DNA from: Porticoccus sp.
Lineage (GTDB): Bacteria; Pseudomonadota; Gammaproteobacteria; Pseudomonadales; Porticoccaceae
Reading direction: 5' to 3' (one strand)
DNA length: 64,000 nt
Assembly: GCF_002707685.1 (NCBI RefSeq)
Contig: NZ_PANQ01000002.1
Within the stretch, counting starts at the first letter, position 1, and the number at the start of each line of letters is the position of its first letter. The notes beneath the pieces were generated by a model. It made no database searches. It was not told the DNA's origin and saw nothing but the letters and a program-made list of their open reading frames with translations. This document shows positions 41,014 through 50,205 of the stretch, one piece after another. Both the position numbers and the translations under genes were made by a program.

Positions 41014-41566
41014 TACGGTTATTTTTGACCCCCGGACGTGTCAGTTGATGGGCGTTTTCAACGATCTGTTTGCCGACTCCTGCAATACCCTGTTGAGCGG
41101 AGGCGGTGAGGAACCGGTCTATCTGCCTGCCGAGGGGGTAGATGACTGTCACCAGTTGATTTTCCGGCAGGATTATTTTTCCAGTGCCCTTCATGAAATT
41201 GCCCATTGGTGTATTGCCGGTGAGCAGCGTCGTCAACGGGTGGATTTTGGTTACTGGTATCGGCCCGATGGCCGCAGTGTCAATGAGCAAAGTGCTTTTG
41301 AGCAGGTGGAGATCAAACCCCAGGCACTGGAATGGATATTTTCCGTGGCGGCAGGGCAACGGTTTCAGATTAGTGCCGATAATCTGTCCGCGGATGTCGG
41401 TGCCAGTGACGCGTTCGCTGCGGCAGTAGCCGACCAGGCTCAGAGCTGGTGTGTTGGCTGTTTGCCGATGCGGGCAGCGCTGTTCGCCGCATCGCTGTCG
41501 GAGATGTTTGGTGGTCGGGACTACCTGGATCCCTGCCACTACCGTGTCGGTTCGCTGGGATCCTGA
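41003..41566 (+). CDS. epmC: Elongation factor P hydroxylase
   Basis: EPVYLPA, SALHEIAHWCIAG, DFGYWY.PDGR and FEQVEIKPQALEW. Confidence 0.93.
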   Translation: MSGDTVIFDPRTCQLMGVFNDLFADSCNTLLSGGGEEPVYLPAEGVDDCHQLIFRQDYFSSALHEIAHWCIAGEQRRQRVDFGYWYRPDGRSVNEQSAFEQVEIKPQALEWIFSVAAGQRFQISADNLSADVGASDAFAAAVADQAQSWCVGCLPMRAALFAASLSEMFGGRDYLDPCHYRVGSLGS

Positions 41567-42507
41567 TGGTGACACGAAAACCCCCACTGTATTTGGTAGA
41601 TGCCTCCATCTATATTTTTCGCCATTATTTTACGCTGCCGCAGCGGTGGTATTCCGGGGAAGGCTATCCCACGCAGGCCGTGTACGGTTATCTCGGTTTT
41701 CTGCTGGATATGCTCGAGCAGGTTCAGCCGCAGTTTATGGCAGTGGCTTTTGACGAGAGCCTGGGCCAATGTTTCCGGAATACGATTTACCCGGACTACA
41801 AGGCCAATCGCGAGCTGCCCGACGACGCACTCGCCTTTCAGTTACGGGCCTGTGCTGAGGTGACAGCTATCCTGGGCATTTTGACCCTGGCCAGCGATTC
41901 CCATGAAGCGGATGATATTATTGGCACCCTGGCTGAAAGGGGGCGTGACGACGGCCACCCGATCGCGGTGATCAGTGGCGATAAAGACCTTGCCCAGTTA
42001 TTGCTGGACGACGATGCGTTACTCTGGGACTTTGACCGTACGCCTGCCAGGGATCGATTTGCCATCAAAAGAGAACTCGGGGTCTGGCCGGAGCAGTTGG
42101 CAGATTATCTGGCACTGGTGGGTGACAGAGTCGATAACATACCCGGCTTACCGGGCGTGGGTGTAAAAACGGCGATTGAATTGTTAGCGCATTGCGCGTC
42201 GCTGGATGGGTTGCTTGCGGCTGGATCTGAAATCGCCAATCTGCCCGTGCGCGGTGCGAAGCAGCTACCTGAAAAAATTGCCGCCCACCGGCAGCAACTG
42301 CTAATGGCCCAATCCCTGACCCGGATAGCCCTGGACGCACCCGTTGGGGAACCCGCTTTGCAACGTGCCCCGATCGCATTGGATAAACTGGATGATTTCT
42401 GTCAGCGAATGGGGCTGGGCACTACACTGAAAAATCGTGCCGTAAAACTTGCGCACGCCAGAGGCCAGACGCAGCGCATCGTGAAGGAGGCATCACACAC
42501 CCGATGA
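41566..42507 (+). CDS. Stand-alone 5'-3' exonuclease / flap endonuclease (ExoIX/PolI N-terminal like)
   Basis: LVDASIYIFR, FRNTIYPDYKANR, EADDIIGTL and GDRVDNIPGLPGVG (H3TH). Confidence 0.92.
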   Translation: MVTRKPPLYLVDASIYIFRHYFTLPQRWYSGEGYPTQAVYGYLGFLLDMLEQVQPQFMAVAFDESLGQCFRNTIYPDYKANRELPDDALAFQLRACAEVTAILGILTLASDSHEADDIIGTLAERGRDDGHPIAVISGDKDLAQLLLDDDALLWDFDRTPARDRFAIKRELGVWPEQLADYLALVGDRVDNIPGLPGVGVKTAIELLAHCASLDGLLAAGSEIANLPVRGAKQLPEKIAAHRQQLLMAQSLTRIALDAPVGEPALQRAPIALDKLDDFCQRMGLGTTLKNRAVKLAHARGQTQRIVKEASHTR

Positions 42508-43601
42508 AAATTGTTGCCGATGACAATATGCCATTGGTGAGGGAATTGTTCTCGCCCTATGGCGAGGTGGTGACCTGTCCCGGCCGTGAGCTGACGGCAG
42601 CACGTTTAGTGGATGCGGATGTGTTACTGGTCCGCTCGGTCACTCCGGTCAATGCGGCGCTGCTCGAGGGCAGTCCGATACAATTTGTCGGTTCTGCCAC
42701 GATAGGTGTCGACCATGTGGATATGGATTATCTGACGTCCAGAAACATTCGATTTGCCAGTGCGCCAGGTTGCAACGCCAATGCCGTGGTTCAGTACGTG
42801 CTCTCGGCACTGTGTCGTCTGCGACCCGGCTGGCTCGGGGAAACGGTGGGCATTGTCGGCTGCGGTAATGTGGGCGGCAGGCTCTATCGTACCCTGCGGG
42901 CGCTGGGCGTCGATTGCCGCTGCTACGACCCGTTTCTCGATAACGCAGCTATCGGGGGCCTGACAACCTTTGAGCGGGTGCTCGAAGCCGATATTCTCTG
43001 CCTGCATACCCCGCTGACTATCGGTGGGCCCTATCCGACCCACCACATGCTGAACGAAGCGGCGCTAATGAATTTTGCGCCCGGCGGGCTATTGCTCAAC
43101 GCCGGGCGCGGGCCGGTGGTGGATAATGCGACGCTGTTGCGTTTGAATCGTGGTGAACAGTGGCAGGTTGTGCTGGATGTGTGGGAGTCTGAGCCAGAGA
43201 TATCATTGCCCCTGCTTGAACAGGTTACCATTGGCACGCCGCATATCGCCGGGTATAGCGTGGACGGCAAAATCAATGGTACCCGCATGGTGTGCGAGGC
43301 ATTTTGTCAGTGGTTGGGGCAACCCTCGCCGGAAAAACCCGGGCGTGATGAGGCTGTCCAGTGGCTCCGTGCCACGTCTCTGGCGGAGTCGGTACTGGCT
43401 GTTTACGATATAGCAGATGACGACCGTCGTATGCGTCAGGCGCTGCTGTCAGCCCGTGACCCCGCAGCAGTGGGTTTTGGGTTTGACCAATTGCGGAAAA
43501 CCTATCCCGCACGTCGTGAATTCCAGCATTTTGGCGTCAGAGTGGATAGCGACGAGTCTTTGGCCCGACAGTTGGCTGCCTTGGGATTTATTGTTGTATA
43601 G
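42504..43601 (+). CDS. pdxB: Erythronate-4-phosphate dehydrogenase
   Basis: KIVADDNMP, VGSATIGVDH, APGCNANAV and TPHIAGYS. Confidence 0.95.
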   Translation: MKIVADDNMPLVRELFSPYGEVVTCPGRELTAARLVDADVLLVRSVTPVNAALLEGSPIQFVGSATIGVDHVDMDYLTSRNIRFASAPGCNANAVVQYVLSALCRLRPGWLGETVGIVGCGNVGGRLYRTLRALGVDCRCYDPFLDNAAIGGLTTFERVLEADILCLHTPLTIGGPYPTHHMLNEAALMNFAPGGLLLNAGRGPVVDNATLLRLNRGEQWQVVLDVWESEPEISLPLLEQVTIGTPHIAGYSVDGKINGTRMVCEAFCQWLGQPSPEKPGRDEAVQWLRATSLAESVLAVYDIADDDRRMRQALLSARDPAAVGFGFDQLRKTYPARREFQHFGVRVDSDESLARQLAALGFIVV

Positions 43602-43773
43602 AAGAGGGTTTTTTGGCTGAGTGGTTTTCTGCCTTTTGGTCCAGATCACTGAATGCATCCTGGACCATATCCTCGGTAATCGGGATTTCCCTGCCATTAT
43701 CATCAATCAGGGCTGCACCGTGAAAATCAGGTGATTTGACGTGTTTATCGGGCTTGATTTTCGGCTGCTCCAT
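43588..43773 (-). CDS. Small conserved protein (PA1571-like)
   Basis: GAALIDDNGREIPITEDMVQDA motif. Confidence 0.7.
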   Translation of the reverse strand: MEQPKIKPDKHVKSPDFHGAALIDDNGREIPITEDMVQDAFSDLDQKAENHSAKKPSSIQQ

Positions 43774-43872
43774 GTTTGCTCACTGGTGATGGTCGACAGG
43801 CAAAACATACCATGATTACCCTGTAAGGCAAGCCCCGGGGTTAAATTTGCAGAGGCACATTCAGGAGCTACC

Positions 43873-44994
43873 ATGTTCACACTCGGCTTGATCGTCAATC
43901 CGCTGGCAGGTATCGGTGGTCCCGCGGCGCTGAAAGGTAGCGACGGTGAGGCTGCTGCCGAAGCGTTGCGGGACGGGGCCGGGTTGCGTGCGCCAGAGCG
44001 GGCTGTCAGAGCACTGGAGGTTATCTTCAATGCGCTCGGAGGCGACGCCGTATCGGTGCTGACCTGTCCCGGTCTGATGGGGGAGTCGGTGGCCAGACAA
44101 TGTGGTTTTGTCCCCGAACTGGTCTGTGAAACGGATCCCCTGAATACCCGGCCGGAGGACACCGAGCAGGCGGCCAGAGTGCTGGAGAACAAAGGCGTGG
44201 ATTTGCTGCTGTTTGTTGGCGGCGATGGCACGGCACGCAATATTTGCAATGCGGTTTCTCCAAATCAGCCGGTCCTGGGTGTACCAGCAGGGGTCAAGAT
44301 GCACTCCGGTGTGTATGCCATTACACCGGAAGCGGCGGGCGAAGTGGTTTGTCGGCTGATTCGTGCCGACCTCGTGGATATTCGCCGGCAGGAAGTACGC
44401 GATATCGACGAGGAGGCGTTCCGCCGGGGCCGGGTCATGTCCCGTTACTACGGGGAGTTGCTGGTGCCGGAAGAAGGACGTTTTGTGCAACAGGTCAAGG
44501 ATGGCGGCCGGGAAGTGGAAGCGCTGGTGGTTGATGAAATAGCCGATACCCTGATGGAGGAAATGGAGGATGACACACTCTATCTGGTCGGCCCCGGCTC
44601 GACCACAGCGGGGCTAATGGCGGCAATGGGGCTCGATAACACATTGCTTGGTGTGGATCTGGTCAGGAATGGACAGTTGCTGGCCGGGGACGTTTCAGCC
44701 GGACAAATTGAACAGGCGCTGGGGGAATTCAACGGTCCGGTGAGTATTATCATTACGCCAATTGGGGGCCAGGGTATACTGCTGGGTCGCGGCAATCAGC
44801 AACTGACACCGGCCATTATCAGACGTGCTGGCCGGGAAAACCTGATAGTCGTGGCGACCAAAACCAAAATCACCGAACTCGCGGGCAGGCCGCTGATGGT
44901 GGACAGTAACGACCCACAACTGGACCGGGAGCTGGCGGGTTACGTCCCGGTACTGACCGGTTATCGGGACAGGATTCTCTATCCGATCGGTTAA
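43873..44994 (+). CDS. ATP-NAD kinase-like family protein
   Basis: NPLAGIGG..LKGSDG, GGDGTAR, GVKMHSGV and GRGNQQL. Confidence 0.9.
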   Translation: MFTLGLIVNPLAGIGGPAALKGSDGEAAAEALRDGAGLRAPERAVRALEVIFNALGGDAVSVLTCPGLMGESVARQCGFVPELVCETDPLNTRPEDTEQAARVLENKGVDLLLFVGGDGTARNICNAVSPNQPVLGVPAGVKMHSGVYAITPEAAGEVVCRLIRADLVDIRRQEVRDIDEEAFRRGRVMSRYYGELLVPEEGRFVQQVKDGGREVEALVVDEIADTLMEEMEDDTLYLVGPGSTTAGLMAAMGLDNTLLGVDLVRNGQLLAGDVSAGQIEQALGEFNGPVSIIITPIGGQGILLGRGNQQLTPAIIRRAGRENLIVVATKTKITELAGRPLMVDSNDPQLDRELAGYVPVLTGYRDRILYPIG

Positions 44995-46247
44995 GGGGCC
45001 ACCTGAGCCAGTTTTACCTTTGTCACCGGATGATTGAGACGGTATTTTTCCAGGAAGCGGGCCAGCCGCTCAATGGCTTCCTCCAGATCGTCTTCCCTCG
45101 GCAAAAATACGATGCGGAAATGGTCGGGATCCGGCCAGTTGAAAGCGGTGCCTTGCACCAGCAGAATCCGTTCTTCCAGTAATAAATCCAGTACCAATTG
45201 CTCGTCGTCTTCAATCGGATAAATTTCCCGGTCCAGTTTGGGGAACAGGTACATCGCCGCTTTGGGTTTGACGCAACTGACACCGGGTATCTGGGTCAAC
45301 AGGGACCAGGCTTTTTCGCGTTGCTGGTAGAGACGGCCCTCCGGGGCCACCAGATCATTGATGCTCTGATAGCCGCCCAGCGCGGTCTGGATGGCATACA
45401 TGGCCGGCACGTTGGCGCACAGCCGCATGGATGCCAGCATTTCAATGCCCTGTATATAACTGCGGGCGCGGTGTTTGGCGCCGCTCACCACCAGCCAGCC
45501 GGAGCGGAAGCCTGCCAGACGATAGGCTTTTGACAATCCGTTGAAGGTGATGCACAACACATCAGTGGCCAGACTGCCGAGTGGTACATGTACTGCATCA
45601 TCGTAGAGAATGCGGTCATAGATTTCATCGGCATAAATAATCAGGTCATGCTGCCGTGCCAGTTCGACAATTTTTTGCAGAATTGCCTCGGAGTAAACTG
45701 CCCCGGTGGGGTTGTTGGGATTGATTACCACGATGCCCCGGGTATTCGGTGTGATCTTCCGCGCGATATCCTCGATGTCCGGTTGCCATTCGTTGGCTTC
45801 ATCGCAGAGATAGTGAACCGCCTTGCCCCCGGCCAGATTGACGGCAGCTGTCCACAGGGGGTAATCCGGCACCGGCACCAGAATCTCATCACCGTTGTTG
45901 AGCAGTGCCTGCATGGCCATGACAATCAGCTCGCTGACGCCGTTGCCCAGGAAAATATCGTCGATGTCGACATTCGGGATGCCGATCAACTGGCAGCGTT
46001 GCATGACGGCCTTGCGGGCACTGTAGATGCCTTTGGAGTGGCAGTAGCCCTGGGCCTTGGCCAAGTTGTGAATGACATCGTGAATGATCTCGTCGGGCGC
46101 TTCAAAACCGAACGGGGCGGGGTTGCCGATATTCAGCTTCAGGATGCGCAAGCCCTCTTCCTCAAGCCGGTTGGCGTGGTCGAGCACCGGGCCGCGAATG
46201 TCATAGCAGACGTTATTCAGCTTGTTTGATTTCTGGATGTGTTGCAT
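44991..46247 (-). CDS. alaA: PLP-dependent alanine transaminase (AlaA/YfbQ)
   Basis: YDIRGP, LNIGNPAPFGF, NGVSELI and FNGLSKAYRLAGFRSGW. Confidence 0.93.
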   Translation of the reverse strand: MQHIQKSNKLNNVCYDIRGPVLDHANRLEEEGLRILKLNIGNPAPFGFEAPDEIIHDVIHNLAKAQGYCHSKGIYSARKAVMQRCQLIGIPNVDIDDIFLGNGVSELIVMAMQALLNNGDEILVPVPDYPLWTAAVNLAGGKAVHYLCDEANEWQPDIEDIARKITPNTRGIVVINPNNPTGAVYSEAILQKIVELARQHDLIIYADEIYDRILYDDAVHVPLGSLATDVLCITFNGLSKAYRLAGFRSGWLVVSGAKHRARSYIQGIEMLASMRLCANVPAMYAIQTALGGYQSINDLVAPEGRLYQQREKAWSLLTQIPGVSCVKPKAAMYLFPKLDREIYPIEDDEQLVLDLLLEERILLVQGTAFNWPDPDHFRIVFLPREDDLEEAIERLARFLEKYRLNHPVTKVKLAQVAP

Positions 46248-46336
46248 AAAGTCTTGTTTCTGGTTGTCCAATTCGGGTAAAAACTGATTGTATATCAAAA
46301 CCCTGCCATAAATAAGAAAACTCTGAGGTGCTGAGG

Positions 46337-46732
46337 ATGGCAAACACAAGACAATTTGATGATGAACAATGGCGCGAACAGCTCACCCCTGATGAATTCA
46401 GAATCTGTCGTCAGAAGGGCACTGAGCCTCCCTTTAGTGGCGCCTATTGCGATGAGAAGACCCCCGGAATCTATCACTGTAAATGCTGCCATCAGCCGCT
46501 GTTTGATGCTGCGGCCAAGTATGACTCAGGTTCCGGCTGGCCGAGCTTCTATCAGGCTATAGAGGACAATGCTATTGATGAATGTTTCGATACCAGCCAT
46601 GGTATGCGCCGCACCGAGATCACTTGTGCGCACTGTGGCGCCCATCTGGGCCACCTGTTTGATGACGGTCCTGAACCAACCGGACTGCGATATTGTGTGA
46701 ATTCGGTCTCCCTGCAACTGGAGCCGTTCTGA
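46337..46732 (+). CDS. msrB: Peptide-methionine (R)-S-oxide reductase
   Basis: [25 protein letters not shown] and RYCVNS. Confidence 0.96.
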   Translation: MANTRQFDDEQWREQLTPDEFRICRQKGTEPPFSGAYCDEKTPGIYHCKCCHQPLFDAAAKYDSGSGWPSFYQAIEDNAIDECFDTSHGMRRTEITCAHCGAHLGHLFDDGPEPTGLRYCVNSVSLQLEPF

Positions 46733-46863
46733 CATTCTGATCACGGGTTGCCACCGGGCCGCTGTCGTGGGTTTCCGAGCTGCCGGAGAGAAAAACAGAA
46801 TGCAGGGTTGACAGCGCACATGCCGCTTCTTAGAATGCGCGCCTCTCTTGATGAGAACCTTGT

Positions 46864-46939
46864 GTCCCGTTCGTCTAGAGGCCTAGGACACCGCCCTTTC
46901 ACGGCGGTAACAGGGGTTCGACTCCCCTACGGGACGCCA
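46864..46939 (+). tRNA. tRNA-Glu(TTC)
   Basis: GTCCCGT...ACGGGACGCCA with anticodon arm CCGCC-CTTTCAC-GGCGG. Confidence 0.98.
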
Positions 46940-46962
46940 CTTTTATCCTGATGGGATAAAAT

Positions 46963-47038
46963 GCGGGAATAGCTCAGTTGGTAGAGCGCAACCTTGCCAA
47001 GGTTGAGGTCGCCGGTTCGAACCCGGTTTCCCGCTCCA
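46963..47038 (+). tRNA. tRNA-Gly(GCC), ICE integration site
   Basis: GCGGGAA...TTCCCGCTCCA with anticodon arm CAACC-TTGCCAA-GGTTG. Confidence 0.98.
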
Positions 47039-47080
47039 ATTTATGATCTACAAAGTTCTACTGAAGTCTGTAAGTCATTG

Positions 47081-47107
47081 AAAAAAGGAGCGAAAGCTCC
47101 TTTTTTT
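47081..47107. terminator. Intrinsic terminator downstream of tRNA-Gly
   Basis: AAAAAAGGAGC-GAAA-GCTCCTTTTTTT. Confidence 0.9.
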
Positions 47108-47147
47108 GTTCCAGCAAGATCCACTGAAATCTGTCGGCAGCCAAGAC

Positions 47148-47169
47148 TTTTAAGTCCTTTTTTAAGTCC
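47148..47169 (+). repeat. Tandem direct repeat TTTTAAGTCC x2 (candidate integrase arm-binding sites)
   Basis: Copies at 47148-47157 and 47160-47169, between the tRNA and the integrase. Confidence 0.5.
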
Positions 47170-47267
47170 ATTTCAATACGGGCTCGGCGGGTTCCGGATT
47201 AACGCTGGAGGAGTGAGACCGATATGACAAGCATCTAGTCCTGACTCTAAAGTTCAGGAGCTGGAGC

Positions 47268-49082
47268 ATGGCACTATCAGACACCGCCGTTCGGAATGCC
47301 AAGGTCACTGGCAAGGCCTACACACTCCCCGATATCGATGGACTTTCTCTTGCGGTTTCCCCGATTGGAGGCAAGTCTTGGCACTTCCGCTATTATTGGG
47401 TCGGTAAACAAAGACGGATGTCGCTGGGTCCCTATCCGGAGGTGAGTTTGCGTGAGGCACGCCGACTCCGTGATGATGCCCGCGCCCTCTTGGTCAAGGG
47501 CACCAATCCCCACATCCATCGAAAACAGAAGCGCCGGGCGGTCCGTCTGGCGGACGAAAACACTTTCCAGGCAGTGTTCGAAAAATGGGTCGAACACCGC
47601 AAGCTGGTGTTGAAGGAGGGGCGTCAAAGTACACTGTCCCAGATTCAGCGTATCTTCAACAAGGATGTGTTACCGATACTCGGCAAACGTCCCATCTATG
47701 AAATCCAGCGACCAGACCTCTTGGAAGTCGTCGCCAGGATTGAGAAGCGTGGGGCGCTCAGTATTGCGGAAAAAGTGCGCGTCTGGTTTCGGCAGATGTT
47801 TCGCTATGCCCTGATTATTGTCCCTGATCTGCAGCAGAATCCCGCGTTTGATTTGGATGTGGTTGCATTGCCGCAACCACCGGCTCGTCATAATCCATTT
47901 CTGCGCATGGCAGAGCTTCCCGCAATGCTGCAAATGTTGCGCAACTATCAAGGGCGATTACAGACTCAGTTGGGGCTGCGTCTCTTGTTGTTGACTGGGG
48001 TGCGTACTGGCGAGCTGCGTTTGGCAACGCCTGATCAATTTGACTTGGAGCGAGGACTCTGGATCATTCCACCCACTGTCGTTAAGCAACTGCAGCTAAA
48101 GCTGCGCAATGAAAACCGGCGTTCCGACACCATCCCACCTTATATCGTTCCTTTGTCTGTGCAGGCCCTTGAGATAATTCGTTTCATGCTCGAGCGAATG
48201 AAGCCTGCGCAGCACTATCTGTTTACCCACGCGAGCAATCTGAAAAAACGGATCAGCGAAAATACCCTAAATGGTGCGCTCAAGCGTATGGGGTATAAAG
48301 ATCAACTGACCGGACACGGTATTCGCGCGACCCTATCCACAGCGCTCAATGAAATTGGCTACCCCAAGCCGTGGATTGAGGCGCAGTTATCCCACTCTGA
48401 TCCTAATAAGGTGAGCGCCGCCTATAATCATGCCGAATACATTGAGCAACGGCGCCACATGATGCAAGACTGGGCTGACCGCCTGGACCTGTTTGAGCAG
48501 AATCTGGTTGATGCTGCCAGCCGAGTCCTGACTGTTCACCTGGAGGGTGTTCCAGAGCTTGATGAGACGGAGATCGAGGCTAAGGAAAAAGTTGAACCGG
48601 TGATATCCGCTCCCACGCTAACAGTGATGCTGCAAGAGACCGAAAATGCGCCGGTGATCCCCGAGTCTGGACAACGTCTGTCCGCAGTGAAGGGGCCACG
48701 CCCTGTGATGTCCGACTCTCAGCGCCGGCGTCAGGAGATGCTCAATATCTTCAACTCATCACAGGTTGTAACCGCAGCGGACTACGCAAAAATGGTGGGC
48801 AAATCCCGACGCTGGATCAGTTATGAAATCCAAAGGCGCAGGGTGTTGGCGCTCAAAATTGGCAACCTTGGACATCGTATTCCCGGCTGGCACTTTGAGC
48901 CATTGAAGCACAAGCTGATTCAGGCGGTACTCAAGCAGTGTGGAGAGGTGGACCCATGGCAGATTCACGGTGTGCTATCTGAACCCCGCGAGGATCTAGA
49001 CGGGCGTCCTCCTATCGAAGCGGTGACGGAGCATGGATTTCATGAAGTGGCGCTCGAGGTATGTCTGGCTCTAAAAGGATAG
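47268..49082 (+). CDS. P4-like tyrosine integrase (IntB13 type) with a long C-terminal extension
   Basis: Arm-binding N-terminus, RTGELR, HGIRAT, QLSH and AYNHAEY. 604 aa. Confidence 0.95.
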   Translation: MALSDTAVRNAKVTGKAYTLPDIDGLSLAVSPIGGKSWHFRYYWVGKQRRMSLGPYPEVSLREARRLRDDARALLVKGTNPHIHRKQKRRAVRLADENTFQAVFEKWVEHRKLVLKEGRQSTLSQIQRIFNKDVLPILGKRPIYEIQRPDLLEVVARIEKRGALSIAEKVRVWFRQMFRYALIIVPDLQQNPAFDLDVVALPQPPARHNPFLRMAELPAMLQMLRNYQGRLQTQLGLRLLLLTGVRTGELRLATPDQFDLERGLWIIPPTVVKQLQLKLRNENRRSDTIPPYIVPLSVQALEIIRFMLERMKPAQHYLFTHASNLKKRISENTLNGALKRMGYKDQLTGHGIRATLSTALNEIGYPKPWIEAQLSHSDPNKVSAAYNHAEYIEQRRHMMQDWADRLDLFEQNLVDAASRVLTVHLEGVPELDETEIEAKEKVEPVISAPTLTVMLQETENAPVIPESGQRLSAVKGPRPVMSDSQRRRQEMLNIFNSSQVVTAADYAKMVGKSRRWISYEIQRRRVLALKIGNLGHRIPGWHFEPLKHKLIQAVLKQCGEVDPWQIHGVLSEPREDLDGRPPIEAVTEHGFHEVALEVCLALKG

Positions 49083-49135
49083 ACCCCGTGACTCTTGGAC
49101 GTGACAACGAGCCACGCTGTGACTTGTCGGATGCG

Positions 49136-49804
49136 TTAGCTGTCAAAGCCTAGTCGCCCATGGGTGACCCACGGTATTGATAGGGCTCTTTCAATAAAAC
49201 GTCCATCTCTACCTCCAGGGTCCAGATTGGAGCGATGGATCAGATAGGTGGTTGTTGTTGGAGACGGGTTGGCTAAAGGGCGCCCGACGATTCCCCACGA
49301 TTGATATCGTGCCACAATTGGCGCGGGTGCGATGGTAACGCCATAATTTGCCGAAACCAGGGCCATCATGACATCGACGGTTAGGGCGGTCTGTAAGGCA
49401 TTGGGCTGCTGGTTGCCCAGCGATCTGAGAATTGTATCCAGCTCCAGAAACGAGGCTTTTCTGAAAACGGCGTCCCAATGGATGATAGTGAAGTCCATTA
49501 AATGGGCTGGCGTGACAATGGATTCTCGCCCCAATGAAGAGTGGATTGATGCGGCGACTATCCAAGCCTCCCTCCATAGTGGAACGGCTTTCCATCGATC
49601 ATTGACAATCGCGGATCGGGATATCCCGATATCGTATTGTCCGCGGCTAAATTTCTGGGATATTGATGATGTGCTCGACTCGTGAACCTGGATTTTGACG
49701 TTTGGCTCTTCGGCTCTTTGTCGCGCGAGCAGAGTTGCCAATTGAGGATGGGTTAGCGTGTCGCATAGAACGATGTGCAGGCTGCTTGAATTCTCAGTGT
49801 CCAT
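49136..49804 (-). CDS. LysR substrate-binding domain protein lacking the HTH
   Basis: Aligns by eye with the SBD of the LysR at 50206-51120. There is no room upstream for an HTH. Confidence 0.8.
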   Translation of the reverse strand: MDTENSSSLHIVLCDTLTHPQLATLLARQRAEEPNVKIQVHESSTSSISQKFSRGQYDIGISRSAIVNDRWKAVPLWREAWIVAASIHSSLGRESIVTPAHLMDFTIIHWDAVFRKASFLELDTILRSLGNQQPNALQTALTVDVMMALVSANYGVTIAPAPIVARYQSWGIVGRPLANPSPTTTTYLIHRSNLDPGGRDGRFIERALSIPWVTHGRLGFDS

Positions 49805-49836
49805 ATCTGCCGAACCACAGTTGCAAAATTTTCCGC

Positions 49837-49851
49837 TTATCTTATCAATAA
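49837..49851. promoter_or_regulatory. Candidate LysR recognition box
   Basis: TTAT-N7-ATAA inverted repeat (T-N11-A) in the divergent promoter, next to the palindrome GTTAAATTTAAC. Confidence 0.45.
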
Positions 49852-49918
49852 TGAGTTAAATTTAACGTGGTTTAAGCAAAGTCCATAATGGATGCTTTTG
49901 CAGATGCAGAAGCGTTCA

Positions 49919-50203
49919 ATGCAGCGGGGGCGCCCCGTAGGATCCACGACTTATAATGCCGAGCCTGCTCTGGCGTTTGGTGCGGCTGTGCGGGAAGCCA
50001 GGGTCGATTTGGGCATAGCCCAGGAAAAGCTGGCTCACCTTGCAGGGATTGAGCGTTCTCATCTGGGGAAGATCGAGCGCGGCGAACATATGCCGACACT
50101 CGCTTTGATTTTAAAAATCGCAAATGCATTGGGCTGTCGTGCAGGAGTGCTTATAGAGGCTACGGAAGCGCAACTGGACAACAGGGTCAAATCCAGTCCA
50201 TAG
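49919..50203 (+). CDS. XRE-family HTH regulator
   Basis: FGAAVREAR..IAQEKLAHLAGIERSHLGKIERGEHMPTL. Confidence 0.92.
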   Translation: MQRGRPVGSTTYNAEPALAFGAAVREARVDLGIAQEKLAHLAGIERSHLGKIERGEHMPTLALILKIANALGCRAGVLIEATEAQLDNRVKSSP

Positions 50204-50205
50204 CG

